Shown piece after piece: positions 1 through 9,089 of a DNA stretch of 45,107 nucleotides. The DNA is from a virus (taxonomy: Duplodnaviria > Caudoviricetes). The position numbers were made by a program, and so were the translations under genes. A model generated the notes under the pieces. That model was not told the origin of the DNA and did no database searches. It was given only the letters and a program-made list of their open reading frames with translations. The stretch covers positions 1 through 45,107 of IMG/VR virus record IMGVR_UViG_3300030376_006335; one strand, written 5' to 3'. Each line of letters opens with the position of its first letter. Within the stretch, counting starts at the first letter, position 1.

Positions 1-964
1 CAGTTGATTCACCTACACCTCTTTGGTAAGGATCTAAACCGTTAATATTCTCAGTTGCAAAAGCAGGTCCGCCAGTTGCAGGGTCGTTAGATGGTTGGAA
101 AGCGTTACCAGAGAAACCAGAAATATGATCCTCTAATGCTTTAACTAATCCTAAGTTAGTAGGGTTAGTGAAAGTACCAGCAACGTTACCAGCAGCTAAT
201 GCAACACCTAGTGCAGTACCAGCAACTAAACCGTGATAGTTACCACCAGCTACAATTGAATTATAAATAGTTGCAGCAGCAGTCTCAGCACCTTGTGCGA
301 AGTTAAAACCACCGTTTACACCATTTGCATCAAGTGCAGTTGTGTTAGCTCTTACTCTGAATATATTTAAACCGTCAATTCTTGACAATCCAACGAAAGT
401 TAATTCGTAAGATCCACCAGAAGTACCAGTTGCAATATTAGCAGCAGTATCTACATAAATTAGATCGTTTACTGTAAAAGCAAAACCAGCAGCAGGAGTA
501 CATCCTACTTTGATCATTAATGGAGCAGCTACAGTATCTAGGGCACCGTTTACAGGAGCACCTGATCCTCTACCTCCACCGTATACAAAGTCTAGGTAAG
601 TTAAAACTCCCATAGGGCCTTGCATTGGTACTACAGGAACTAAGTCTAAACCTACAGTCTGTGCAGCTACTTGCATTGCAAGTGGTAACAAAGAAAAAGG
701 TCTGTCTCCAGATCCAGTAGCTTGTGCTGGGAAGTTATTCATTGATCCAGGATCTCCTGGCAATGTAACATTACCCATACTTTGAACATTCATGTTCGGG
801 TTAAGGTGTACAGTATTGTAAACACTCTCATTAAGGTTATGGTAGTGACAGTACTTAGACATCCAAGCTAACTTAGATTTTTCAGTTATGCCAGTACTTT
901 CCTCAATAACAGGTCCCCAAGTCTTTTGAACCTCAGCCTCGTTGATTAATTGATTTGCGTACAT
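1..964 (-). CDS. gp23: Major capsid protein, T4 gp23-like (5' part; runs off the left edge)
   Basis: Not in the ORF track. Manual translation from ATG at 964: MYANQLINEAEVQKTWGPVIEESTG...LLPLAMQVAAQTVGLDLVPVVPMQGPMGVLTYLDFVYGGG, matching the gp23 'V.VQPM.GP.G' segment. Lies directly downstream of protease and portal. Confidence 0.9.
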   Translation of the reverse strand, partial: MYANQLINEAEVQKTWGPVIEESTGITEKSKLAWMSKYCHYHNLNESVYNTVHLNPNMNVQSMGNVTLPGDPGSMNNFPAQATGSGDRPFSLLPLAMQVAAQTVGLDLVPVVPMQGPMGVLTYLDFVYGGGRGSGAPVNGALDTVAAPLMIKVGCTPAAGFAFTVNDLIYVDTAANIATGTSGGSYELTFVGLSRIDGLNIFRVRANTTALDANGVNGGFNFAQGAETAAATIYNSIVAGGNYHGLVAGTALGVALAAGNVAGTFTNPTNLGLVKALEDHISGFSGNAFQPSNDPATGGPAFATENINGLDPYQRGVGEST

Positions 965-992
965 TTTAAAAAATTATTTTTCGCATTTTTGT

Positions 993-1049
993 GGAATTAA
1001 AAATTCCTTTCTAATCGCCTGAGTCCTTTTCTTCTTGACTATTCGATTA
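993..1049 (-). promoter_or_regulatory. Structured 5' leader of the major capsid gene (two hairpins)
   Basis: On the mRNA: TAATCG/CGATTA stem with inner AGTC/GACT stem, then a GGAATT-TTT-AATTCC hairpin about 30 nt before the ATG. Confidence 0.45.
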
Positions 1050-1068
1050 TATCTTTTAGATTAAATGA

Positions 1069-2883
1069 TTATCTATTTAATCTGAATTTCATTTTATTTA
1101 CTAAGTCGTTTTTGAAACTTTCATTTAATAAAGATTCTTCTTTACCTTTAGCCTCAGCAGCAGTCTTAGCTTCATTTATAGATTCTAACTTCATTTGTGT
1201 ATCTCTTAAGTCTCTTGTTTGCCAGAAATTATTAATAGCATAAGGAGTACCTAAAGAATGGAATTTAGATTCTGCAATAATTTGTTCTTTTCTTGCCTCT
1301 GAAAGATTATCCCATTTAGAACGATATTTTTCTGGCATATCATCAATAAAGTTAATTGCCTTTCTTTCAGTTATAAAACATGAATCCCAAACATTTTCAG
1401 CTTGTACAGTTGACATAATAGAATCTCTGTTCATTGATTCAACTATTAATCCTTTTTTATCTTCAGATAAAGAATCAAATTCATTCTTTTTAGATTCACT
1501 TAAGAAATTCATAAAGTGCATTTCATTAACAGACTTAGATTCTGCCTTAGAAATTAAATCATTTAATTTTTCACTTATAGATTCTTTGTAAGATTTCATT
1601 TCTTGCATGCATTTGTCACACATTTCTTTTATCTTACCATGATCAGCATCTGGATACTTTTCGCAGATAGCTTCATATTTCATGCCTTCATCCATCATCT
1701 TCTTAACTTCATCCATAGTTGGCATTGCACCTTCTTTCATCTTTCCATATTCATTAACAGTTGATTCATTAATTGATTCACCTTCTATAGAATTCATGTT
1801 TTCTGCAATATACTCAGAATATTTAATACTCTTATCAAGACCTTCACCAAGATATTCAGAATAAGCAATATTTTGATCAACCTTTTCAGCTACATATTCA
1901 GAATATTGAATTCCTTTTTCTAAGCTTTCACCTAAATAATTAGAATATGCAATTCCTTTATCTGCTTGTTCAGCAACATGCTCAGTATATTGAATTGAAC
2001 TATCCAACTCTTCACCTAAGTAAGAAGCATAATTTTTAATTTTTTCGATATTCTCTGCTAAGTAGTCAGAGTGAGATATGCTCTTGTCAAGATTTTCAGA
2101 TAAGTATTCAGTATAATCAGTAACCTGATTTACTTTCTCTGCAATATGCTCAGTATATTTAACTAGCTTTTCAATTAACTCATCGTTATTTGAATTTGCA
2201 GATTCTTTAACACTATCTAATGTATTCTTTACATATTCAGTGTACTTATTAAAATCCTCAACAGTTACAAATTTGTCTGATGTATTTTCCATTGTTAGAT
2301 CTGTTTTATTTGTTTTATTTATTTCTTCTTCAGAGTTACCCATTTCATAAATGTATAAACCTTCAGTATTCTCAAAACCGAAAGATTCATTAACTCTAGC
2401 CAATTCAGCATTTTCAAATCCTGGATCAGCAACTAAATCATAAGTAAAGAATTTTTTAATTTTAACTTTACCTGCTTCATCAACAGTACCAGCAGCTCTA
2501 CTAGAAATATGCAATGGAATACCATCTTCTATTAATGCTTGAGCTTCTTTACCTTTTGAAGTATTTAGTAATCTAATTCTTCCTAGTACTTGTTTCTTAT
2601 CTTTATCGTAATCTAAATCCTCGATAACATGAGAAACATTTGATAGACTAATATCAAAATCTTTTGGGTGGTCAAGTTCACCTAACAATTTGTTAGTTTT
2701 TACCTTTTCCTTTAATTCATTAATATGAGGAAGTACTTCAGCTTCTTCATAAATACGGTTGTTTTTATTCTTTACTCCAATCTCTGTAAATACACCTTCA
2801 AGCACGACAGAGCCATCGGCATCTTTAGTCATACTTAAATTAGACTTAGATCTTTCTAGAATTAAAAGTTTCTTATTAGACAT
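1069..2883 (-). CDS. gp21: Prohead core protease (gp21-like) fused to scaffold/core protein (gp22-like)
   Basis: N-terminal NKNNRIY, LGELDHP, ISSRAAG, TYDLVADPGF motifs of the gp21 family; C-terminal acidic helical region with 14-aa repeats and many [LI]xE sites. Confidence 0.9.
   Translation of the reverse strand: MSNKKLLILERSKSNLSMTKDADGSVVLEGVFTEIGVKNKNNRIYEEAEVLPHINELKEKVKTNKLLGELDHPKDFDISLSNVSHVIEDLDYDKDKKQVLGRIRLLNTSKGKEAQALIEDGIPLHISSRAAGTVDEAGKVKIKKFFTYDLVADPGFENAELARVNESFGFENTEGLYIYEMGNSEEEINKTNKTDLTMENTSDKFVTVEDFNKYTEYVKNTLDSVKESANSNNDELIEKLVKYTEHIAEKVNQVTDYTEYLSENLDKSISHSDYLAENIEKIKNYASYLGEELDSSIQYTEHVAEQADKGIAYSNYLGESLEKGIQYSEYVAEKVDQNIAYSEYLGEGLDKSIKYSEYIAENMNSIEGESINESTVNEYGKMKEGAMPTMDEVKKMMDEGMKYEAICEKYPDADHGKIKEMCDKCMQEMKSYKESISEKLNDLISKAESKSVNEMHFMNFLSESKKNEFDSLSEDKKGLIVESMNRDSIMSTVQAENVWDSCFITERKAINFIDDMPEKYRSKWDNLSEARKEQIIAESKFHSLGTPYAINNFWQTRDLRDTQMKLESINEAKTAAEAKGKEESLLNESFKNDLVNKMKFRLNR
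1790..2160 (-). repeat. About nine tandem 14-aa repeats (Y[ST]EY[LIV][AG]E..D..I.) in the scaffold region
   Basis: YTEHIAEKVNQVTD/YTEYLSENLDKSIS/HSDYLAENIEKIKN/YASYLGEELDSSIQ/YTEHVAEQADKGIA/YSNYLGESLEKGIQ/YSEYVAEKVDQNIA/YSEYLGEGLDKSIK/YSEYIAEN; boundaries approximate. Confidence 0.85.
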
Positions 2884-2901
2884 CTTTCTAGTTTATTTGA
2901 T

Positions 2902-2927
2902 TTATATATTATAACTCTTGATAGTTT
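2902..2927 (-). promoter_or_regulatory. AAAC-N17-TATAA promoter overlapping a late-type AATATATA motif
   Basis: AAAC TATCAAGAGTTATAATA TATAA upstream of the protease ATG. Confidence 0.6.
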
Positions 2928-4574
2928 TTAGATTCCAGCTAATGGGTCTTCTTCAATACCATCATCTTTCTTCTCTGGTTTAAAATCCTTCTTATTTGCA
3001 CCTAAAAGAATCTTTTCTATATCTTCCATTGAATACCCTTCTGCTTCTAACTCTGTTCGTTCTTTAGCTCGGGCATTTGCTAAAATATCATCACGTGTAA
3101 ATCCACCATATCTCTTAATTAAGAATCCTAAATCAAAATATGGTATTTCTTCCATTTCAGCAGTCATAGTACTTAACTGTGTTTTCATATTACCAATAAA
3201 ATCAACTCTTTTTGTTTGTAATTCCATTTCTTTCATTTCCTCGAAAACATTATCCTTCATGAAGTTTAATCCTAAACCTGCTTTAAATGCAATATCATTT
3301 TTTAATTCTGGATGATTAAGACACATTTGAAGATATACAGGCTTAACTAATATTTCTTGCCAAATTGATCTTAATCTTGAAATAAATCTACCAAATTTAA
3401 TTTCATCTCTTAACATACCGCTTGCTTCCATATCATAGGTATTTCCGCCTTCTCTATCAAACCTAGAAAATGGAATCTTAGAAGCCAATTGTAATTTATC
3501 AGAAAAGTATTTTAAAGATTCAGTATCTCCAAGATCTGGTCCATCACCACCAATTGTTTGTATTTCTGGCGATTCTCCATCTTTGGAAGGTAACCAATAC
3601 TCCTTATTAAACGGCATCATTGGTTTACCATTGGTTTGAATTTCACCACTCTCAAAGTTAAAGTCTACAACCTCACGATATGAGTTCATTAATGTAGCTA
3701 GAGATTGCTTTGCTCTGGTTTTTGATTTACCACCAACTGGTATTGTAAACTGAGTTTTAAATGAAGCATTAGATACAGCCCAAATAATTCTACTGTGTTC
3801 CATAATTCTTAAAAGGTTAAAAGATCTTATTAATCTTTCAACATAAGATATTCTCATTGGAGAATTAACTGATGAATAAGAAATATAAATTATTTGAGAA
3901 TCCCATAAGGTTCTTTCTTTTGCACCTTGTCCTTTATATTGAATCCATACCTTTTTACCATCATCAGTATCAATACCTGGCATTAATGATATTGGATCTA
4001 ATTCTTTAAAACCAATAATTTCAGTTTGCTTATCATTATAGACAATTTCAAAAGCAAGGAATCCATCTATTAACCATTTTCTAAAATAATTCCAAGGTGC
4101 CGTAGGATCATTAAAACCAAAATAGTTGTAGATATTATTATATACATCTGCAATCTCTTCTTCTATTGATTCTCCAATATGACCATTATATTCAGCATAA
4201 GCCATATAATTGGATTCATCAAAAACAATTGCTTCATCTGATAATACATCTAATATATCTTCAATTTCATCTTGTACTGCAAATGTTCTAAGTTGGTCTC
4301 GTTTTCTATCATAATCTTGATCAAAAAATGCAATGTTCTTTTTAAGATTAGTATCTGTTAATGATAAGGCTGCAAATGCACCATACATATCATCACTATC
4401 AGATCCCATTGGATTAAATGTATAACCCATTTGATTTTCAGTAAAACCTACTGCACGTGAATTACGAATGATCATATCATCATATGCCATTCCTAAATTA
4501 GAAAGATCTTTTAGAAGTCTTCTTACTGGGTTACCAGTACTTAAAGGACCTCTTCTATCTGTAAAACCTGCCAT
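2928..4574 (-). CDS. gp20: Portal protein, T4 gp20-like
   Basis: FRKWLIDG, ELDP, ISYVERLIRSFNLLRIMEHSRIIW, EYWLP, LQLASKIPFSRF, RDEIKFGRFISRLR motifs; 548 aa; sits in the head module. Confidence 0.92.
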   Translation of the reverse strand: MAGFTDRRGPLSTGNPVRRLLKDLSNLGMAYDDMIIRNSRAVGFTENQMGYTFNPMGSDSDDMYGAFAALSLTDTNLKKNIAFFDQDYDRKRDQLRTFAVQDEIEDILDVLSDEAIVFDESNYMAYAEYNGHIGESIEEEIADVYNNIYNYFGFNDPTAPWNYFRKWLIDGFLAFEIVYNDKQTEIIGFKELDPISLMPGIDTDDGKKVWIQYKGQGAKERTLWDSQIIYISYSSVNSPMRISYVERLIRSFNLLRIMEHSRIIWAVSNASFKTQFTIPVGGKSKTRAKQSLATLMNSYREVVDFNFESGEIQTNGKPMMPFNKEYWLPSKDGESPEIQTIGGDGPDLGDTESLKYFSDKLQLASKIPFSRFDREGGNTYDMEASGMLRDEIKFGRFISRLRSIWQEILVKPVYLQMCLNHPELKNDIAFKAGLGLNFMKDNVFEEMKEMELQTKRVDFIGNMKTQLSTMTAEMEEIPYFDLGFLIKRYGGFTRDDILANARAKERTELEAEGYSMEDIEKILLGANKKDFKPEKKDDGIEEDPLAGI

Positions 4575-4594
4575 AATCTATTTTTATTATTAGT

Positions 4595-5173
4595 TTATAT
4601 ATTCTTGTAGTATAATGCTTGAGCTTGGTTAATATTTCCTCCATAAAAATAATCTTCATTATTAACTCCACCAATATACCAATCCTCATATCCTAAGACA
4701 TAAGGAGTTTTCATTTTCTTTATCATATACTGCCTTGTGCAGTAAGTTAAATTATATTTTTTGCCATAAGCTCTTTTAACAAACTCCCACCTAAAATTAG
4801 TTATAGGTTTTTGTACATCTGGATTACCTAATGCTTTACCTTTTGTTAAACCTTTTATTTGAGAGGCTAAAGAGGATGTTAATTCTGTTAAAAAAGGAAT
4901 TCTTGCCTCATAAGGCATATAGTGTAAATTAATTCCTAACTGATGGCCATTATCGGATTCTCCTAATCCTATAACCAAAGGTTTGGAATCATAAAAAGCT
5001 TCATCTTTAGTATAATAATAAAAACTATACATTTGTCCTGGATTAAGAACGCCATCAGATTTAGCTCCTGCATTAACTATATCTCTTTCTGATTGCTTAG
5101 ATGCACCAGTCCTACCTTTACTTTCTGCAAGGTAAATATCTAAGTCTTCTTTAAATTGTCCTATTAAAGCCAT
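4595..5173 (-). CDS. gp2: DNA end protector protein, T4 gp2-like
   Basis: GQMYSFYY...YD..PLVI...GINLHYMP motifs. Confidence 0.7.
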   Translation of the reverse strand: MALIGQFKEDLDIYLAESKGRTGASKQSERDIVNAGAKSDGVLNPGQMYSFYYYTKDEAFYDSKPLVIGLGESDNGHQLGINLHYMPYEARIPFLTELTSSLASQIKGLTKGKALGNPDVQKPITNFRWEFVKRAYGKKYNLTYCTRQYMIKKMKTPYVLGYEDWYIGGVNNEDYFYGGNINQAQALYYKNI

Positions 5174-5649
5174 TAGAATAATTTTGAATCTTCTGTTAAT
5201 AACATTACTTTACAGTTTCTTTCTTTTGCCATTTTATTTAATGCATTAGTCTTACATAAATTTCTAACATACGATTCATACGCATATTTAAAATTTTTCA
5301 TTGCTTTTGCAGTTTTTCTTTTAGGTTCTTTTGGTTTAGTTAACTGTGCTTTAGGTTTTATCTCTACTACGTATTCTTGTGTTGTGTCTCCTTTTTTCAT
5401 TTTAAAGAAAAAGTCAGGATAATACTTATGAAATTTATTATCCAAAAGATTAAAGTAAGGTATAGAAAAGGGTTCAGATATCCAGTAAATTACATCTTCA
5501 TTATGATCGCACCAATGGCAAAATTTTCTTTCCCAACTACTCCTGTATATAATAGGACCGTCTCCTCTATATTTTTGAGGAAATTTTGGTTTATAATAAC
5601 CTTGCTTAAATCCTGATTTTACAGTAGGCTTTACCTTCTTTATACTCAT
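5173..5649 (-). CDS. gp4: Head completion nuclease, T4 gp4-like (TnsA-type PD-(D/E)xK)
   Basis: IIYRSSWERKFC.WCD, W.SEP..IPY, HKYYPDF, VEIKPK. Confidence 0.88.
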   Translation of the reverse strand: MSIKKVKPTVKSGFKQGYYKPKFPQKYRGDGPIIYRSSWERKFCHWCDHNEDVIYWISEPFSIPYFNLLDNKFHKYYPDFFFKMKKGDTTQEYVVEIKPKAQLTKPKEPKRKTAKAMKNFKYAYESYVRNLCKTNALNKMAKERNCKVMLLTEDSKLF

Positions 5650-5657
5650 TTAACATT

Positions 5658-6023
5658 TTATATTGTATAAATGCCTTCACTATCAGCACTACCATTAATT
5701 GAAACCGTGCCATGATATTTCTTAGGATGTAATTTATTCCAACCTTTTGCAAATCCTCTTTTTGCTATTTCAGTAAAATAAGCAAATGCATTAGTACTTT
5801 TTTCTGGATTAAAATTTCTCCAATATCTGTAAAGATCCATATAAGCATAGGCAATACAATCTTGTCTATCTTCTGGATTTCTATATGTTAATTTTCTAGA
5901 ACACTTATCAGCTAATAGCATTAAAAACTCTAATGCCTTTGGTGTTAACTCTCCTTGTTCTTTAGATATAACGATCTGCTCGAGGAGGTCTCTATTATTT
6001 AAATAATTTCTTTTTCTTGCCAT
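5658..6023 (-). CDS. gp55: Late-transcription sigma factor, T4 gp55-like (probable start MARKRNY at 6023)
   Basis: NYLNNRDLL and NFNPEKSTNAFAYFTEI motifs. The upstream extension in the ORF track overlaps a promoter/terminator. Confidence 0.8.
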   Translation of the reverse strand: MARKRNYLNNRDLLEQIVISKEQGELTPKALEFLMLLADKCSRKLTYRNPEDRQDCIAYAYMDLYRYWRNFNPEKSTNAFAYFTEIAKRGFAKGWNKLHPKKYHGTVSINGSADSEGIYTI

Positions 6024-6051
6024 TAACTTTGATTTATTTATTATTATATAC

Positions 6052-6087
6052 AAAAAAGGACCGATTGTTTAATGTTCAATCGGTCCT
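6052..6087 (-). terminator. Rho-independent terminator; overlaps an AAAC-N18-TATAA promoter (6044-6070) for gp55
   Basis: AGGACCGATTG-loop-CAATCGGTCCT 11-bp stem followed by a U-tract on the minus strand. Confidence 0.85.
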
Positions 6088-6121
6088 CTAATTATATTAA
6101 ATTAGAATGTAATATGTAGGT

Positions 6122-8005
6122 TTAGATCTTAACTTCTAAATCTTCTTTTGGCATTACTATACTTTTTCCGTTCTTAGGAACTATAATAGTTAGTAAATCA
6201 TCATCGCCTAGAGAAGCATATTCTTCAGCATTAACTAATACTTCTTGTCTCTTTTTTAAACCTTGACCGCTTTTTTTAACTTGAGCTTCTACGAAACCGT
6301 CGTTTAAATAGTCGTCTTTAGTTTTTTTTTCAGAAATATATGAATCTGCTAATTCTTTTTCCTTTCCTTTTAACTCTTCAGCTATTAAATTTAAAGCTTC
6401 TGTTAATTCTTCAGTATCACCTAGCTTTTTAATAGCAGCTTCAACTTCAGATTTCTTTTCTTCTAGGAAAGAAATTGCATCAGTAAGATCTTTTCTTTTG
6501 TTTTCCTCAATTGCTTTTTCATTATCTTCAGCAATTAATCTTTCAGAAAGAATTGGAGAAACGTCAAAGTTAATAAATTCTTTTACTACTTCAACAGTTT
6601 CGGTAGCAGTATCAATTTTTGACATTTCATTTAGATTCATTCCAGGATTTACTTTATTAATGTAAATTCCTTCACTTACCCCAATCATTGTTAAAAATAC
6701 ATCTAAGAATTCAGGATTCTGAATAGTTGTGAAATTATCCATTTCAGCAATTAAATCTACAGATTCAAAGAACTTACAGATTTTATCATTCTGCCATTGA
6801 TTTCTATATCCTGAGAAGTTAGTTGCTAATAAAGCTTCTTTTAATTCAATTATACTGTAATTAGTCATATCAACTTTACCCATAGTTAAAGTACCTTCAG
6901 TAATGTTGTATTCTAACGACTTACCATTTTCTCCATGTAATGAAAGAATGTTTCCATTTCTTGAGAACATTTTTAAACCTTCAGTAATATCAAAGAATCT
7001 CGGATCAGTTACATTAGCTTCAGTAATGTCTTTACCATTATAAGTATAATTCTTTCCATGTAAGTGGAATGTTAAACCTTCTTCAGATTCTAATACTGGA
7101 GAAAGAACAGATACAACTTTACCATTTGAAGTAGATGCAATTTTTTTATCCTCAGCAGCCATTTCATTTACGATTGCTTTAGCATCCATTGACCATGGGT
7201 GTTTTGCAGCAACTACAGAGAATTTAGATTTTACATCTGATTCATTTAATAAAGAAACTAAATCTGAATTAAATGATTCCATTAATTTTCCTTTTTGGCC
7301 AGCTGTTCTTGCAATAGATTCACTAATTCTAAAGTACCATTTAGAATTGTTATATGATTCCATTATATACTCTCTTAATTCAGAAATTGGATTCAACCAA
7401 GTTGACTGAGCTAATTTAGAATATAAGTCTCTTGCAATTTTAAATTTAAGATCTGGGCTAACTGAATTTTCCAGTTCTTCACTGATTGCAGAAAGATCTG
7501 CATTTTTTAGTTTCATTGGAAATGCAGTTAATGCTTCTTCCAAGATAGTTAAAGATTCTTTAACAGAATACGAAACTCTGGAATTATCATTATCCATTGC
7601 CTTTAATCCATTAATGCTATCCATAACGTTTTCGTATAGGTCTGTTAATGTAAATTTCATTTTGTTATGATTTTTTTGATTATTATTTTCAGTGTATATA
7701 TTTGATTGATCTTTATGCATTTGACGATACTGAGCGATACCACTCATTGCCATCTGTTGTGGAATTCCCATTCCTACTAAGATTGTCATAACTTGTTGAT
7801 CTGTCATAGATCCACTATGATCAATTTTCCCATCATTGTCAATATCTGACATTCTACCACTTTGACTAAACAATACATGAATTATATCCATTAATTGTTG
7901 GCGTGGATGATTTAAATAAGGAGCATTAGTATTTACACCTGGCTGGGCATCAATATGACCATCTGTATAAACTTGAGTTTGTCCTTCGTTAACTGTGTTT
8001 TCCAT
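6122..8005 (-). CDS. Hypothetical, probably head-associated/structural protein with C-terminal coiled coil
   Basis: 627-aa ORF, acidic, many [LI]xE sites, upstream TATAATATATAAA motif; no family recognised. Confidence 0.6.
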   Translation of the reverse strand: MENTVNEGQTQVYTDGHIDAQPGVNTNAPYLNHPRQQLMDIIHVLFSQSGRMSDIDNDGKIDHSGSMTDQQVMTILVGMGIPQQMAMSGIAQYRQMHKDQSNIYTENNNQKNHNKMKFTLTDLYENVMDSINGLKAMDNDNSRVSYSVKESLTILEEALTAFPMKLKNADLSAISEELENSVSPDLKFKIARDLYSKLAQSTWLNPISELREYIMESYNNSKWYFRISESIARTAGQKGKLMESFNSDLVSLLNESDVKSKFSVVAAKHPWSMDAKAIVNEMAAEDKKIASTSNGKVVSVLSPVLESEEGLTFHLHGKNYTYNGKDITEANVTDPRFFDITEGLKMFSRNGNILSLHGENGKSLEYNITEGTLTMGKVDMTNYSIIELKEALLATNFSGYRNQWQNDKICKFFESVDLIAEMDNFTTIQNPEFLDVFLTMIGVSEGIYINKVNPGMNLNEMSKIDTATETVEVVKEFINFDVSPILSERLIAEDNEKAIEENKRKDLTDAISFLEEKKSEVEAAIKKLGDTEELTEALNLIAEELKGKEKELADSYISEKKTKDDYLNDGFVEAQVKKSGQGLKKRQEVLVNAEEYASLGDDDLLTIIVPKNGKSIVMPKEDLEVKI

Positions 8006-8032
8006 ATTACACTATTTGATTTGTTTTATATA

Positions 8033-8058
8033 TTATAAGTCTCTTTGATTAATTGTTT
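8033..8058 (-). promoter_or_regulatory. AAAC-N17-TATAA promoter (plus AATATATA)
   Basis: AAAC AATTAATCAAAGAGACT TATAATATATAAAAC. Confidence 0.6.
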
Positions 8059-9058
8059 ATCCACCAAATCCAGAATCAACACTACCTAATCCTGATTCAT
8101 CTACTTTAGGTTTGGCATTTGCATTTCTATAAATACGACTTTCTGGATCCTCAGGTGTTGGTATAGAAGAATCAATTGAAGATTCATTATAAGGTCCACC
8201 TGTTAATATAGCATCTGGGTTAATGTATCCTTTATTGCTAAAAGTTCCACTAGGCTGCAACTTTAATATACTCTCTTCATTATATTCAAATTTTTGGAAT
8301 ATACCACCGAAGTAAATTCCTAATTCATTATCTTTACCTGATCTTAACATACCTACACCTGCAGCAGTTGGATTAGCCTTGATTGCAGACTTAGTCATAA
8401 GACTTACTTCAGGTATTAAAATACCGCTTTCAAAAACTGGCATAAATGATTGTACTTCTATAGGAAATGTTACACTCCATTCTTTTTTATCATTTAATTG
8501 AAATTCAAATAATCTATTTTGTTGATAATCTTCTGGTACTGCAAAAGTTCCTGCAACTCTCATCATTCCTAAATCAATTTGGAATAAAGTATTCTTGTAT
8601 ATTTTACTCATTAAAGATTCAGTTACTTTTAACATTTCTAAATTAGCTGAACATACTACAGTACAATCAAAGGACATAGTAATAGGTAAAAAATTTGTTT
8701 CCATTGAAAAGGTTTTTAAAATACCTTCCCATTCTTGTACAAATTCACCTCTAGCAAACTTATTTGTTTGGTTACCTGAATCTATGGATATTCCAGTTAG
8801 CTGTATTATACCTCTTGGAACAACTTCATAATCTCCTATAGCTTTACCAGCAGCCTCTGCATCAAATAAGAAATTATCCATCAAGAATCTACCATCACCT
8901 GTAATAGAATAAAAGAAAGGCACAGGTATTTTCTTTAATGTATCTTCATCTATTTGATTATAAAAATATACCTTATCTTTTAATTCTGCTAAAAGAGCTA
9001 CTATAATATAACGCAGTATAGTATTGTCTTTATTAAACTCTTGATTATATGCTGACAT
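8057..9058 (-). CDS. Putative tail sheath stabilizer/terminator, T4 gp15-like
   Basis: LRYIIVALL...IPVPFFY...VPR...ISID pattern resembles the gp15 N-terminus; late-type GATAAATA motif upstream. Confidence 0.5.
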   Translation of the reverse strand: MSAYNQEFNKDNTILRYIIVALLAELKDKVYFYNQIDEDTLKKIPVPFFYSITGDGRFLMDNFLFDAEAAGKAIGDYEVVPRGIIQLTGISIDSGNQTNKFARGEFVQEWEGILKTFSMETNFLPITMSFDCTVVCSANLEMLKVTESLMSKIYKNTLFQIDLGMMRVAGTFAVPEDYQQNRLFEFQLNDKKEWSVTFPIEVQSFMPVFESGILIPEVSLMTKSAIKANPTAAGVGMLRSGKDNELGIYFGGIFQKFEYNEESILKLQPSGTFSNKGYINPDAILTGGPYNESSIDSSIPTPEDPESRIYRNANAKPKVDESGLGSVDSGFGG

Positions 9059-9089
9059 TCGTCATCTTTAATTTTTGCTTGTATTATAT

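Noticed and set aside
5173-5649. Tn7 TnsA transposase / mobile element
   Set aside because: Context (portal, gp2, gp55) and the YRSSWE motif indicate the T4 gp4 head-completion protein; no other transposon genes or ends are present
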